From the NCBI RefSeq assembly GCF_036500625.1, contig NZ_DASYBQ010000012.1: 64,000 nt of DNA; one strand, 5' to 3'. Positions 1 to 9,770 of the stretch are shown in pieces. Position numbers and translations under genes: made by a program. Origin of the DNA: Pseudonocardia sp. (GTDB lineage Bacteria; Actinomycetota; Actinomycetes; Mycobacteriales; Pseudonocardiaceae). Below the pieces are notes generated by a model that was given only the letters and a program-made list of their open reading frames with translations, searched no databases and was not told the origin of the DNA. Every line of letters starts with the position of its first letter. Positions within the stretch are counted from its first letter, which is position 1.

Positions 1-226
1 AGTCGTCGTCGCCCAGCGAGTGGACCAGGTAGTAGACCGCCTCGCAGCCGGCGAGCGCGCCAACCAGCTCGCGCGCATCGTGCACGTCACCGAACACCGG
101 ATCACCGGCACCGGCGTACGACTCGGGATGCCGCGTCATCGCCCGGACGGTGTGCCCCGCGCTCGCCAGCTCGGGGCACAGTCGCTTACCGATGAACCCG
201 GACGCGCCGGCAACCAGCACCTTCAT
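1..226 (-). CDS. NAD(P)H-binding / NAD-dependent epimerase-dehydratase family protein (5' part only, runs off window)
   Basis: Not in the ORF track. Manual translation gives MKVLVAGASGFIGKRLCPELASAGHTVRAMTR, with a Rossmann GxxGxxG motif. Confidence 0.8.
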   Translation of the reverse strand, partial: MKVLVAGASGFIGKRLCPELASAGHTVRAMTRHPESYAGAGDPVFGDVHDARELVGALAGCEAVYYLVHSLGDDD

Positions 227-377
227 CACACAACCCCGCCCTCTCCGGGAGCACCGCGGGTGCTCGTCCCGATGCCGCTCGCGCGGACCACCCAGCTGGA
301 CTCGATGAAGTGTCAAGTACCCAGACCCGCCGCGGTTAAGCAGCGGGGTGCCCAGTGCCACATCGTTCCGGCGGGCC

Positions 378-2087
378 TCAGGCCGGGGTGCTGGCCCGAA
401 GCCACACCGTGGTGTCGGCGGGGACTCGGCCGTCCGGTGTCAGTGCGCCGCTGGCCAGCAGGATCGTGGCGCCATCCGGCGGCGGTGTCGGCTCGGCCGT
501 GACGTTGCTGAGGCAGCTGAAGTCCCGGCCCCGGCGGAAGTGGAGCACGCCCTCCGGCCCCGGTTGCCACTCCAGCGCGGTGCCCGTGCCGATCTCCCGC
601 CGCAGCCGCAGTGCCTCCCGGTAGAAAGCCAGCATCGAGTCGGGCCTTGCCAACTGCGCCTCGACGGTGTACTCCCGCCAGTGCGCCGGCTGCGGCAGCC
701 ACGGCGGCGCGGCCGCGCCTGCCGGGCTGAAGCCGAACGGCGGTTCGTCGCCGGCCCAGGGCAGCGGCACCCGGCAACCGTCCCGGCCCCGCTGGGAGTG
801 ACCGGAGCGCGCCCAGATCGGGTCGTCCAGCACCGCCTCGGGCAGGTCCTCCACCTCGGCAAGGCCAAGCTCCTCGCCCTGGTAGAGGTAGCAACCGCCG
901 GGCAGCGCGAGCATCAACAGGGTGGCCGCCCTGGCCCGGCGCTCGCCCAGCGCCAGGTCCGCCGGCATGCCGTGCAGGTCGTCGAGCGAGTGCGCCGGCC
1001 GGGGCCGCTGCGCCCTGGCGTAGCGCGACACGTGCCGGGCCACGTCGTGGTTGGACAGCACCCAGGTCGGCGGCGCACCCACCTCGGCGTGCGCGGCCAC
1101 CGTGGTGGTGATCACCTCGCGCAGCTGGTCGGCCAGCCACGGCGCGCACAGGTAGTCGAAGTTGAACGCGGTGTGCAGCTCGTCGCGCCGCAGGTAGCGG
1201 ATCAGCCGCTCCGGCCGGTCCACCCACGCCTCCGCGACGAACACCCTCGGGTCGGGGTAGGAGTCGGCCACCGTGCGCCAGGCGCGGTACACCTCGTGCA
1301 CCTCGTCGCGGTCCCAGAACGGGTGTTCCCCTTCGCGGGCCCGGACCGTGCCCAACAGCCCGGGGCCGTCGTCCGCATCCCGAGGCAGGCCGAGGTCCGG
1401 CAGGCCGGCGGCCTTCGCCAGCCCGTGCGCGACGTCGATCCGGAAGCCGTCCACCCCCCGGTCGAACCAGAACCGCAGGGTCTGCTCGAACTCGGCGTGC
1501 ACCTCGGGGTTGGTCCAGTCCAGGTCGGGCTGTTCGGGGGCGAACAGGTGCAGGTACCACTCACCGTCGCGCAGCCGGGTCCAGGCCGGGCCGCCGAACA
1601 CGCTCGGCCAGTCGTTCGGCGGCAGTTCGCCGCCCTCGCCCCGGCCGGTCCGGAACAGGTACCGCCGCCGGGCCGGCGAGCCCTGGCCCGCCGCGAGTGC
1701 CTCGGTGAACCAACGGTGCCGGTCCGAGGTGTGGTTCGGCACGATGTCCAGTATCACCCGCAGTCCCAGCGCGTGCGCCTCCCGCAGCAGCGCCTCGGCA
1801 CCGGCCAGGTCGCCGAAGCGGGGCTCGATGTCCCGGTAGTCGGACACGTCGTAGCCGGCGTCGGCCATCGGTGAGGGATACCAGGGGCTGATCCAGATGG
1901 CGTCCACGCCCAGCTCGGCGACGTGCGACAGCCGGGCCCGGATGCCGTCAATGTCGCCCAGCCCGTCGCCGTTGCCGTCGGCGAAGCTGCGCGGGTAGAT
2001 CTGGTAGATCACCGCATGGCGCCACCAGTGCGGGTCGGCGCCGGCCGCCTCGGCGGTGTCCGGTACCCCAGCGGTGCGATCGGCCAT
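378..2087 (-). CDS. GH13 alpha-glucosidase / alpha-amylase family glycoside hydrolase
   Basis: WWRHAVIYQIYPRSFADGNGDG, GYDVSDY, DIVPNHTS, catalytic GFRIDVAH, EAW and SNHD motifs. Start placed at ATG 2087 (track ORF starts 2105). Confidence 0.93.
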   Translation of the reverse strand: MADRTAGVPDTAEAAGADPHWWRHAVIYQIYPRSFADGNGDGLGDIDGIRARLSHVAELGVDAIWISPWYPSPMADAGYDVSDYRDIEPRFGDLAGAEALLREAHALGLRVILDIVPNHTSDRHRWFTEALAAGQGSPARRRYLFRTGRGEGGELPPNDWPSVFGGPAWTRLRDGEWYLHLFAPEQPDLDWTNPEVHAEFEQTLRFWFDRGVDGFRIDVAHGLAKAAGLPDLGLPRDADDGPGLLGTVRAREGEHPFWDRDEVHEVYRAWRTVADSYPDPRVFVAEAWVDRPERLIRYLRRDELHTAFNFDYLCAPWLADQLREVITTTVAAHAEVGAPPTWVLSNHDVARHVSRYARAQRPRPAHSLDDLHGMPADLALGERRARAATLLMLALPGGCYLYQGEELGLAEVEDLPEAVLDDPIWARSGHSQRGRDGCRVPLPWAGDEPPFGFSPAGAAAPPWLPQPAHWREYTVEAQLARPDSMLAFYREALRLRREIGTGTALEWQPGPEGVLHFRRGRDFSCLSNVTAEPTPPPDGATILLASGALTPDGRVPADTTVWLRASTPA

Positions 2088-2157
2088 GTATGCGGTTCCC
2101 CCCACCGGTCGACTGGCCTGAACCGTTCAAGTGTAGCGAGCCGCAATCCCCGGGCAG

Positions 2158-2193
2158 CCGACTGGCGAGCGGCCCGCGCCGCTCGCCAGTCGG
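2158..2193. terminator. Perfect 15-bp GC-rich hairpin, probable terminator of the DoxX gene
   Basis: ccgactggcgagcgg (2158-2172) / ccgctcgccagtcgg (2179-2193), 6-nt loop, 12 nt past the DoxX stop. Confidence 0.65.
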
Positions 2194-2205
2194 GTGGTAT
2201 CGGTG

Positions 2206-2646
2206 TTACCGGCCGACGCGCACCAGCTCGCGCAGGGCCGCGCTGCGCAGGTAAAGCCCGCCCCAGAGCAGCACAGCCAGGTAGACCGGGAACAGTTGGA
2301 AGCCCAGCAGCGGCATGTCCAACCGCAGGTTGGCGCAGACCGCGCCGCCGAGGTATCCGGTGATCACCAGCGCGCCCAGCGCGGCGGTGCGCGGAATCGT
2401 GTACAGGACCACGCCGAACAGCAGCAGCGCACCCATCACCTGGACGCTGTGGTCCGGGAAGCCCATCTGCACCGTGCCCCGCACGACGGCCGGCACCCGC
2501 AGCAACTTGGCGACCGAGTCGAACAGCAGGAACAGCCCGGCCAGCACACTGAGCACCACCCCGGTGCGCGCGGCGGACCGGCGCTCGAACCACGAGCTGG
2601 ACGTTGCGGTGGTGGCGGCGGTCTCGTTGTTGGCGATGGCGGTCAT
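2206..2646 (-). CDS. DoxX family membrane protein
   Basis: Four hydrophobic segments with LFLLFDSVAKL...LYTIPRT...GALVITGYLGGAV pattern. RBS GGAAGGA upstream. Confidence 0.85.
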   Translation of the reverse strand: MTAIANNETAATTATSSSWFERRSAARTGVVLSVLAGLFLLFDSVAKLLRVPAVVRGTVQMGFPDHSVQVMGALLLFGVVLYTIPRTAALGALVITGYLGGAVCANLRLDMPLLGFQLFPVYLAVLLWGGLYLRSAALRELVRVGR

Positions 2647-2818
2647 CGGATCGGTCCTTCCGGAAGGGCTGGCCGCCGGAGGATTTCCGGCGCTCGACCA
2701 TGCGTCGAACTACCCACGGATAGACCGACAACCGCGGCAAAACTCATCGAAGAGCCTCACTCAACTGACCCGAGGCGCTCCTGCCCGAGACACCCGCCCC
2801 GCGCGCTAGTGTCCGCGG

Positions 2819-3526
2819 ATGCGGTGGGACCGGGCCGAGCGGCCCCCGGCCTGGCAGTGGGCGCTGGTCACCGGAGCGTCCAGCGGGATCGGAAAGGCCA
2901 TCGCCGAGCGGCTGGCCACCGGCTGGGTGAACGTGGTCCTCGTGGCGCGGCGGGCCGCTGACCGCGGACCGGCACCCGATCGAACTGCTGGTCAACTGCG
3001 CGTGCGGCGGGTTGGCCGGCCCGCTACTCGCGCACCCGGTGCAGGAGCGGCACTACGAGGCGGAGCTGAACTGCGTCAGCGTGCTGCGGTCGAGCCACGC
3101 CGCCGCGGCCGCGATGGTGGCGCGCGGGCGGGGCACCATCCTCAACGTGGCCTCCGAGCTCGGGTTCTTTCCGTTCCCGGGCGCCGCCGTGTACAGCGCG
3201 GGCAAGGCCTTCGTGCTCAACTTCAGCGCCACGCTGCGCCACGAGTTGCGCGGCACCGGTGTCGGCGTCACGAGTACTGTCACCCCGGCCCAACCCGCAC
3301 CGAAGGCGCCGGTCGGGCCGGGGTGAGCATGGCCGGGCTACCCCGCTGGCTGCTCGCCGAGCCGGACCGGGTCGTTGCGGCGGCACTGGCCGTGGCACAC
3401 GCGGGCACGGCACTCGAACAGGTCACCGGGTGGAACTCGGCCATGACGGCGGAGCGCCACGTGCCGGACCGGCTCCTTCAACCGCTGCTCGACCGCGTCT
3501 TCCGGCGGTTTACCCAACTGCGCTGA
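2819..3526 (+). pseudogene. Short-chain dehydrogenase/reductase pseudogene (internal deletion plus frameshifts)
   Basis: ALVTGASSGIG in one frame. IELLVN, LNVAS and YSAGK (YxxxK) in a second frame. CHPGPTRTE returns to the first frame. Confidence 0.75.
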
Positions 3527-3597
3527 ACACCGATCATTGACACCGTGACCGCGTGACGGCCCGACATGCCCCAAGGTGTCACAGGCGCCACGGTTTC

Positions 3598-4077
3598 TTA
3601 ACGACTCGGCGAGAAGTAGTCTTGTAGCATAGTTGTCGACCATTTTGCCTGTCGGACTTTTCCACGCGGACCAAACTCGCTGAACCACGGTTTGATGTCG
3701 AGGACAGGTGTTCCGTCGACCGCATCGAGGTCTTCAACTAAGAGATCAAGTCCGTTCACTTCGATCAATTTGCATCGCGAAACCCCGAGCCAGTTGATTC
3801 GACGCATGTTCCGATGGCCAAAGATTCCAACCTCTGGCCAGTCGGGGTTATTGCGTGGACGTCGCGCCCCAAGATGGAGGTCACTTGGGTCCGTTAGATG
3901 GAATCGAAACACTATCTCCAGGTGAGAGAAATCTTCCAACCCCGCGGTGGAATCTACGTTGAAGCGATCACCGTCTATTCGGATGATTGAACGCGTACCA
4001 CCCCAGTAGTCGTCCGTGGGATCTGCTCGGCCTCCAACCACGTATGCCACTGCATCAACCCCGAATGATTCGACCAT
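3598..4077 (-). CDS. TrmO/YaeB-like SAM-binding methyltransferase-family protein (short form)
   Basis: GLEDFSHLEIVFRFH, GIFGHR..R.NWLGVS and LDAVDGTPVLDIKPW resemble TrmO family motifs. Low GC. Confidence 0.8.
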   Translation of the reverse strand: MVESFGVDAVAYVVGGRADPTDDYWGGTRSIIRIDGDRFNVDSTAGLEDFSHLEIVFRFHLTDPSDLHLGARRPRNNPDWPEVGIFGHRNMRRINWLGVSRCKLIEVNGLDLLVEDLDAVDGTPVLDIKPWFSEFGPRGKVRQAKWSTTMLQDYFSPSR

Positions 4078-4111
4078 ACTAGCGTCGCTCCTAGAGAGTG
4101 AGTTACCATAT

Positions 4112-5635
4112 TCAGGACGGCGATGAGTCGGCGAGATATGTTACGGCCATGTATTCCAATTCGCGCGCGACCGCGTCTTCCTTGCTGAGGGGTAGTAGCG
4201 TCGCCCGCATTTCCGAGACCACTCGCCTGGTCCGCCCGGAGCGCACACCCTGCATAGCATCGAGACACTTCGACCATACGGCACATGCTTCGTATATCTC
4301 GCCTTGACGAGCCTTTATGGCACCAAGGTACCCCAGTGTGACCGCATGGGTTCGGGTGAACTTCGATGCATCCCGCAGGTTTATGCTTCTCTGGAATTTC
4401 TCATCCGCCCCAGGTAAGTCTCCAAGGTCTCGCAATGTGCAAGCAGTTTCATGCGCAAGGCTTGCTTCAGAAAAGAAGAACACCCGATTCGGCTCAGGGG
4501 ATTCAGGGCTCGCCTTCGACAGATCGCCTTCCGCTCGGAGCAGGACCGATGATGCCCTGCCACCTTCACCCCTTACAGCCAATGATCGGGCATGGATGAC
4601 TCCCAGCAGCGCGCGTTCACGGGAACTCGCCCTGCTGTATCGGTCGCCCTCAACTGATGCGGTTGCCAGATCGTAAGCCTCAGCCGAAAAACCCAAATCT
4701 AGAGATTGATGAGCCATTGCGCGAAGTACATGGCCAATCAGGGGCGGATCGTTTGCCTCACTTGCCAATTTAACCGCGTGAGCGAAAAGATCTTTCGCCA
4801 ATGCATGGTCGGAGTCGTCAAATGCCATCCAACCTGCTAGATAAGCAAGTTCACCGGCAGCGGACAGCATTTCACATCGGGTCCGCTCCGCCGCGTACAC
4901 GCCGTTCAGTTGAGGAATGACGTCAGATTTCAGATACTCCATGACGGCGCTACGGCCGTGGCCCCCTCCTCTCCGTTGATCGGTGCGAGAAAACAACAAA
5001 GTCATCTCGCGGACGACCTCGACATCACCCGAACCGATCCGGCGACTCAGTGAGCGACTGCTAGTCCCCGTATGTGCCGCCAACAGCTGATCTGGCGACC
5101 GGGGAACTACTAGCTCATCAAGCAAGATGGGCGCCCTCGACCCCTGCCCACTCTGATGGTTGCTCGCAAAGCGGCTCTGGTTGGGCATGTCAAACCACAG
5201 CATGTCCAACGGGAGTTGTAGAACCTTAGCCCAGTCGATCAGGATATCAAGGCGGGTTTCCGGCCTGGAGCGGTTCTCGATCTTACTGACCTGCGCCTGG
5301 GTAAGGCCCAACCAGCGCCCAAGAGTTTCCTGATTGAGCGCCTTTCCGAACATTTTCAGGTGCCGAGGATGAGTGCGGTAAGCGGTAAAGACCCGGCCCA
5401 TGTCCCTGCTCCGGAACGCTGCCCGGAACTGATCCGTCTCAAAGAAATCACGACTATGTGCAGCGGGCGCATCGCGCAGCTGGTCATGCTGCTCACGGTG
5501 GCATTTACCGCACAGCCGGGCATTGTTGTCAGCGGCGAGCGGAACACTACAGGATTGGCAGCGGCCTCCCGCGTCCACGCCGGCACTTCCCGCGACGAGG
5601 GGCGCTCGACGTTGCCGCGAACCCGCAGCGTCCAT
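4112..5635 (-). CDS. XRE-HTH regulator with N-terminal CxxC-CxxC and C-terminal NsdA-like TPR region
   Basis: CQSC..CGKC, then LNQETLGRWLGLTQAQVSKIEN (HTH), then the GGG..R, ELAYLAGWMAFD and FF.EASLAHE..C.LRDLG pattern of actinomycete NsdA-like regulators. Confidence 0.75.
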   Translation of the reverse strand: MDAAGSRQRRAPLVAGSAGVDAGGRCQSCSVPLAADNNARLCGKCHREQHDQLRDAPAAHSRDFFETDQFRAAFRSRDMGRVFTAYRTHPRHLKMFGKALNQETLGRWLGLTQAQVSKIENRSRPETRLDILIDWAKVLQLPLDMLWFDMPNQSRFASNHQSGQGSRAPILLDELVVPRSPDQLLAAHTGTSSRSLSRRIGSGDVEVVREMTLLFSRTDQRRGGGHGRSAVMEYLKSDVIPQLNGVYAAERTRCEMLSAAGELAYLAGWMAFDDSDHALAKDLFAHAVKLASEANDPPLIGHVLRAMAHQSLDLGFSAEAYDLATASVEGDRYSRASSRERALLGVIHARSLAVRGEGGRASSVLLRAEGDLSKASPESPEPNRVFFFSEASLAHETACTLRDLGDLPGADEKFQRSINLRDASKFTRTHAVTLGYLGAIKARQGEIYEACAVWSKCLDAMQGVRSGRTRRVVSEMRATLLPLSKEDAVARELEYMAVTYLADSSPS

Positions 5636-5960
5636 TCGATCCCCCGCCAAGGTTGTGCACTACCCCTCTGACCAGCCTACCTAGCCCCTAAGCGCTGCCA
5701 TCACCAGGTCACTGGTGTCAGCCCGCTGAGCCTGGGTGCCTTGACACGTCGTGTCCCCCTCGTCACACCAGAACGTCGTGCTCACCGCGGGAAACCTTGA
5801 GTCATCGTCGCACATTCATCATGGGAAAGTCGGGGTATCAGCCCCATCGGTGAATGTCCGTGCGGCGGAGAGGACACCCGCAGGTCGGCCGAGGGGTTGG
5901 CCGAGATCGCGGTTGATCGCGCGCCGATCTCTTGGTTCAGCCTTCCGGACTCGCTTGGCT

Positions 5961-7781
5961 TCAGCCCTCGGCGAGCTCCGCGGCGGCCAACCACTGCTCC
6001 TCGACCTGTGCCCGCTCGCTGACCACGGAGCGCAGCTCGGCATCCAGAGTGAGCAGCCGGGTCGGATCGGTGGCCGCCTCGGCCAGCGCCGCGTGCAGCT
6101 CGCCCTCCCGCACGGTCAGCGTGTCCATCCGCCGCTCCAACCGGCGAGCCTCCTTCTGCGCGTCCCGCCGCTCGGCGGAGCTCGAAGCCGAGCCCGAGGA
6201 CGCCGGCTGGACGGCCGGGGGCCCGGTTGGTTGTCCGGCCGGCGCCGAGGATGCCGACACGGCGGCGGCGCGGCGCGCCAGGTACTCCTCGATGCCACCC
6301 GGCAGGTGGGTGATCCGGCCGTCGCCGAACAGCGCGACCACGGTGTCACAGGCCCGCTCGATCAGGTACCGGTCGTGGCTGACCACGACCAGGGTGCCCG
6401 GCCAGCCGTCCAGCAGGTCCTCGAGCCGCTGCAGGGTGTCGATGTCCAGGTCGTTGGTCGGTTCGTCCAGCAGCAACACGTTCGGCTCGCTCATCAGCAG
6501 CCGGGTCAGCTGCAGCCGGCGCCGCTCGCCGCCGGACAGCTCCGCCACCGGGGTCCACTGCCGGGCCGTCGGGAAGCCGAGCCGCTCCAACATCGAGGAC
6601 GCGGACAGCTCGTGCCGTCCGACCGTGACGAACCGGGCGATCTGCTCAACCGCCTCGAGCACCCGCAGCGAACCCGGCAGGTCGACCAGCTCCTGGCTCA
6701 GGTGCGCCAGCCGCACGGTCTTGCCGGTGACCAGCCGCCCGCCGTCCAGCGCCCGGGTGCCGTCCAGTGCCCGCAGCAGCGTGCTCTTGCCCGAGCCGTT
6801 CACCCCGACGAGCCCGATCCGGTCCCCCGGCCCCAACCGCCAGGTCACCCGGTCCAGCAGCAGCCGGTCCGGGACCTTCAGCGTGGCGTCCTCCAGCTCC
6901 AGCACGAGCTTGCCAAGCCGTGCCGAAGCGAACGCCATCAGCTCCGGGGTGTTGCGCGGGTCCGGCTCGCCGTCGATCAGCGCCTCGGCCGCCTCGATGC
7001 GGAAACGCGGCTTCGAGGTACGGGCCGGCGGGCCCCGGCGCAGCCAGGCCAGCTCCTTGCGGGCCAGATTGCGCCGCCGCTCCTCCGCCGCGTCGGCCTG
7101 CCGGACACGCTCCGCGCGGGCATACACCCAGTCGGCATACCCGCCGAGGTAGGACTCGACGGTCCCATCGGCCACCTCCCAGGTGCGGGTGCACACCGCG
7201 TCCAGGAACCACCGGTCGTGGGTGACCACCACGACGGCGCAGCGCCGCATGGCGAGGTGGCGGGCCAGCCAGGCAATGCCTTCCACGTCCAGGTGGTTGG
7301 TCGGCTCGTCCAGCACCACCACGTCCGACTCGCCGACCAGCGCGGCCGCCAGCGCCACCCGGCGCCGCTCACCGCCGGACAAGCCGTCGACCTGGCGCTC
7401 CAGGTCGGTGATGCCCAACCCGGCCAGCACCGTGCGCACCTGGGGCAGCCCGGCCCACTCGTGCTCGGCGGACCGGTCGGTCACCCCCAGCGGGGCGAGC
7501 ACCACGTCCCGCACCGCCGCGCCGGCCGGCAGCTCGTTGTGCTGGCTGACCAGCGCGACCCGCAGCCCACGCAGCCGGCTTACCCGCCCGGAGTCCGGCT
7601 CCCTCGCGCCGGTCAGCACCTCCAGCATGGTCGTCTTGCCGCCGCCGTTGAGCCCGACGACACCGATCCGGTCGCCGGCCGCGACACCGAGAGATACCCG
7701 GTCCAGCAGCACCCGGGACCCGTCGCCGGGCACGGTGGCGGTGACCGCCTCGAAGTTGATCAGGTTGGTGGGGTCCGCCAT
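5961..7781 (-). CDS. ABC-F family ATP-binding protein
   Basis: Two NBDs (GLNGGGKT/LSGGE/LDEPTNHLD and GVNGSGKS/LSGGE/LDEPTNDLD), no transmembrane segments, C-terminal coiled coil. Start MADPTNL at 7781. Confidence 0.92.
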   Translation of the reverse strand: MADPTNLINFEAVTATVPGDGSRVLLDRVSLGVAAGDRIGVVGLNGGGKTTMLEVLTGAREPDSGRVSRLRGLRVALVSQHNELPAGAAVRDVVLAPLGVTDRSAEHEWAGLPQVRTVLAGLGITDLERQVDGLSGGERRRVALAAALVGESDVVVLDEPTNHLDVEGIAWLARHLAMRRCAVVVVTHDRWFLDAVCTRTWEVADGTVESYLGGYADWVYARAERVRQADAAEERRRNLARKELAWLRRGPPARTSKPRFRIEAAEALIDGEPDPRNTPELMAFASARLGKLVLELEDATLKVPDRLLLDRVTWRLGPGDRIGLVGVNGSGKSTLLRALDGTRALDGGRLVTGKTVRLAHLSQELVDLPGSLRVLEAVEQIARFVTVGRHELSASSMLERLGFPTARQWTPVAELSGGERRRLQLTRLLMSEPNVLLLDEPTNDLDIDTLQRLEDLLDGWPGTLVVVSHDRYLIERACDTVVALFGDGRITHLPGGIEEYLARRAAAVSASSAPAGQPTGPPAVQPASSGSASSSAERRDAQKEARRLERRMDTLTVREGELHAALAEAATDPTRLLTLDAELRSVVSERAQVEEQWLAAAELAEG

Positions 7782-7782
7782 G

Positions 7783-8772
7783 TCAGCCCCGCGCCGGGGG
7801 TTGGCGCGGCGTACCGCTCGGAGCCGGTTCGGTGTTGTCCACGATGCGGGCGCCGGGCACCGGCCCGTGCGCCACCCGCACCGCGCGGCACACGCCGAGC
7901 CCGGCCAGCTCGACGGCCGCGCTGAACGCGGACTCCTGGTCCGCGCAGAGGAACGCGCAGCTCGGACCGGACCCGGACACGATGCCGGCCAGCGCGCCCG
8001 CCTCCACACCGGCGCGCAGCGTGCGCCGCAGCGTCGGCTCGAGACTCACCGCCGCTGCCTGCAGGTCGTTGGACAGCAGCAGGGCGACCCGGCGCGGGTC
8101 ACCGGAGGCCAATGCCTCCAGCATCGGCTCGACCGGGCCGCACCTGGCCGGCACCATCGGGGAGCCGGCCACGCCGCGCAACCGGTCCAGCTCGGCGAAC
8201 GCCACCGGGGTGGACAGCCCGCCCCGGTGCAGCGCGATCACCCAGTACTGCGGATGGCGGGTCAGCACCGGCACCAACTGGTCACCGCGCCCGGTGCCCA
8301 GCGCGGTCCCGCCGTGCAGCGCGAACGTCACGTCGCTGCCGATCCGCGCGGCAAGTCCGCCGAGCTCCTCGCGCGAGAGGTCGAGCTTCCACAGCGCTGA
8401 CAGCCCCACCAGGGCGGCCGCCGCGTCGGCGCTGCCACCGGCCATCCCGCCGGCAACCGGGATGGCCTTGCGCAGCACCAGCCGGACGTCCGGGGCGCGG
8501 CCGGCCAGCTCGGCCAGCTCCCGCACCGCGCGCCAGGCAAGGTTGCGCTTATCGGCCGGCACCTCCAGGGGCGTACCGGCGGCACCTTCGCCGTGCACCT
8601 CGACGCCCGGCTGGTCACTCGCCGCGACGGTGACCTGGTCGAACAGGCTCACCGCGTGGAACACGGTGGTCAGATCGTGGTACCCGTCGTCGCGCGCCGG
8701 GCCGACCGCCAGGTGCAGGTTCACTTTGGCCGGCACACGCACCGTGACCGGGGGCGGCAGCAGTGCAAGCAC
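7783..8772 (-). CDS. ispE: 4-diphosphocytidyl-2-C-methyl-D-erythritol kinase
   Basis: [36 protein letters not shown] and VSGSGP motifs. Follows rsmA. GTG 8772 lies 7 nt after a TAGAGT -10-like hexamer. Confidence 0.95.
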   Translation of the reverse strand: MLALLPPPVTVRVPAKVNLHLAVGPARDDGYHDLTTVFHAVSLFDQVTVAASDQPGVEVHGEGAAGTPLEVPADKRNLAWRAVRELAELAGRAPDVRLVLRKAIPVAGGMAGGSADAAAALVGLSALWKLDLSREELGGLAARIGSDVTFALHGGTALGTGRGDQLVPVLTRHPQYWVIALHRGGLSTPVAFAELDRLRGVAGSPMVPARCGPVEPMLEALASGDPRRVALLLSNDLQAAAVSLEPTLRRTLRAGVEAGALAGIVSGSGPSCAFLCADQESAFSAAVELAGLGVCRAVRVAHGPVPGARIVDNTEPAPSGTPRQPPARG

Positions 8773-8837
8773 ACCGATCACTCTACGTGCGCCGCGCCGA
8801 CCCCGGGCCCGGCACACCCCCAGCCCCCAACCGCCCA

Positions 8838-8905
8838 CGCCGCGCACCCTGCGTCCGCGCCGCGCATGGTGCACCGTGCGCGGCGTAGGCGCGAGGTGCG
8901 CGGCG
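8838..8905. terminator. Nested long hairpin between rsmA and ispE
   Basis: Outer arms cgccgcgcacc 8838-8848 / ggtgcgcggcg 8895-8905. Inner arms cgccgcgca 8858-8866 / tgcgcggcg 8877-8885. Confidence 0.5.
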
Positions 8906-8911
8906 CCGCGG

Positions 8912-9739
8912 TCAGTGCGACTCAGCGGCGGCTATTCGGGCGAAGTCTTCGATGGAAAGGCGCTCGGCACGGGTGTTCGGGTCGACCCCGGCCGCGCGCA
9001 GTAGCTGCTCAGCGGCGCTCGGCGAGCCGGCCAGGCCGGCCAACGCGCCGCGCAGGGTCTTGCGGCGCTGCGCAAAGGCCGCGTCGACCACGGCGAACAC
9101 CCGCTCGCGCGACGCTGTCGTCGCCGGTTGGGCGCGGCGGCGTACCGCAAGCAATGCCGAGTCGACCCCGGGCACCGGCCAGAACACCGACCTTGGCACC
9201 GGCCCGGCCCGGCGTGCCTCCGCGTACCAGGCCAGCTTCGCGCTCGGGGCGCCGTACTCCCGGCCGCCGGGCGGCGCGGCCAGCCGGTCCACCACCTCCG
9301 ACTGGATCATCACCAGCCCGGTGCGCACCGACGGCAACTGCTCCAGCACGTGCAGCAGTACCGGCACGCCGACGTTGTAGGGCAGGTTGGCCACCACCGC
9401 GGTCGGCTCCCGCCCGGCCGCCACGTCGCCGGGCCGCAGCCGCAGCGCGTCGCCGGCGTGCACGCTCAGCCGGCCGGCCAGCGTGGGTGCTCGCTCCGCG
9501 ACGGTGTCGGGCAGCGCGCCGGCCAGCACCGGGTCGATCTCCACGGCCAGCACGGCGGCGGCCACCGGCAGCAACGCCAGGGTCAGCGAACCCAGCCCGG
9601 GGCCGATCTCCAGCACCACGTCCTCGGGACCGAGCTCGGCCAGCCGGACGATCCGGCGCACCGTGTTGGCGTCGTGCACGAAGTTCTGCCCGAGCCGTTT
9701 GGTCGGCCGGACGACCAGCCGCCGCGCCAGCGCGCGCAC
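8912..9739 (-). CDS. rsmA: 16S rRNA m6,2A1518/1519 dimethyltransferase (start uncertain)
   Basis: [34 protein letters not shown] and FWPVPGVDS motifs. rpfB-rsmA-ispE synteny. Frame homology extends to about 9760, but the first canonical start is GTG 9739. Confidence 0.93.
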   Translation of the reverse strand: MRALARRLVVRPTKRLGQNFVHDANTVRRIVRLAELGPEDVVLEIGPGLGSLTLALLPVAAAVLAVEIDPVLAGALPDTVAERAPTLAGRLSVHAGDALRLRPGDVAAGREPTAVVANLPYNVGVPVLLHVLEQLPSVRTGLVMIQSEVVDRLAAPPGGREYGAPSAKLAWYAEARRAGPVPRSVFWPVPGVDSALLAVRRRAQPATTASRERVFAVVDAAFAQRRKTLRGALAGLAGSPSAAEQLLRAAGVDPNTRAERLSIEDFARIAAAESH

Positions 9740-9770
9740 CTCGGCCGGCCCGAGCAGCGCGGAAGCCTGC

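Noticed and set aside
5751-7925. Long plus-strand ORFs antisense to real genes (also 21188-23818, 32860-34539, 57415-58665, 60360-61991)
   Set aside because: They are shadow frames of recognisable minus-strand genes, with Arg/Gly/Pro-rich composition and no motifs.
7783-8772. Functional clustering of ispE with the terpene/encapsulin operon
   Set aside because: ispE is in its conserved rpfB-rsmA-ispE position 18 kb away, so the proximity is probably coincidental.
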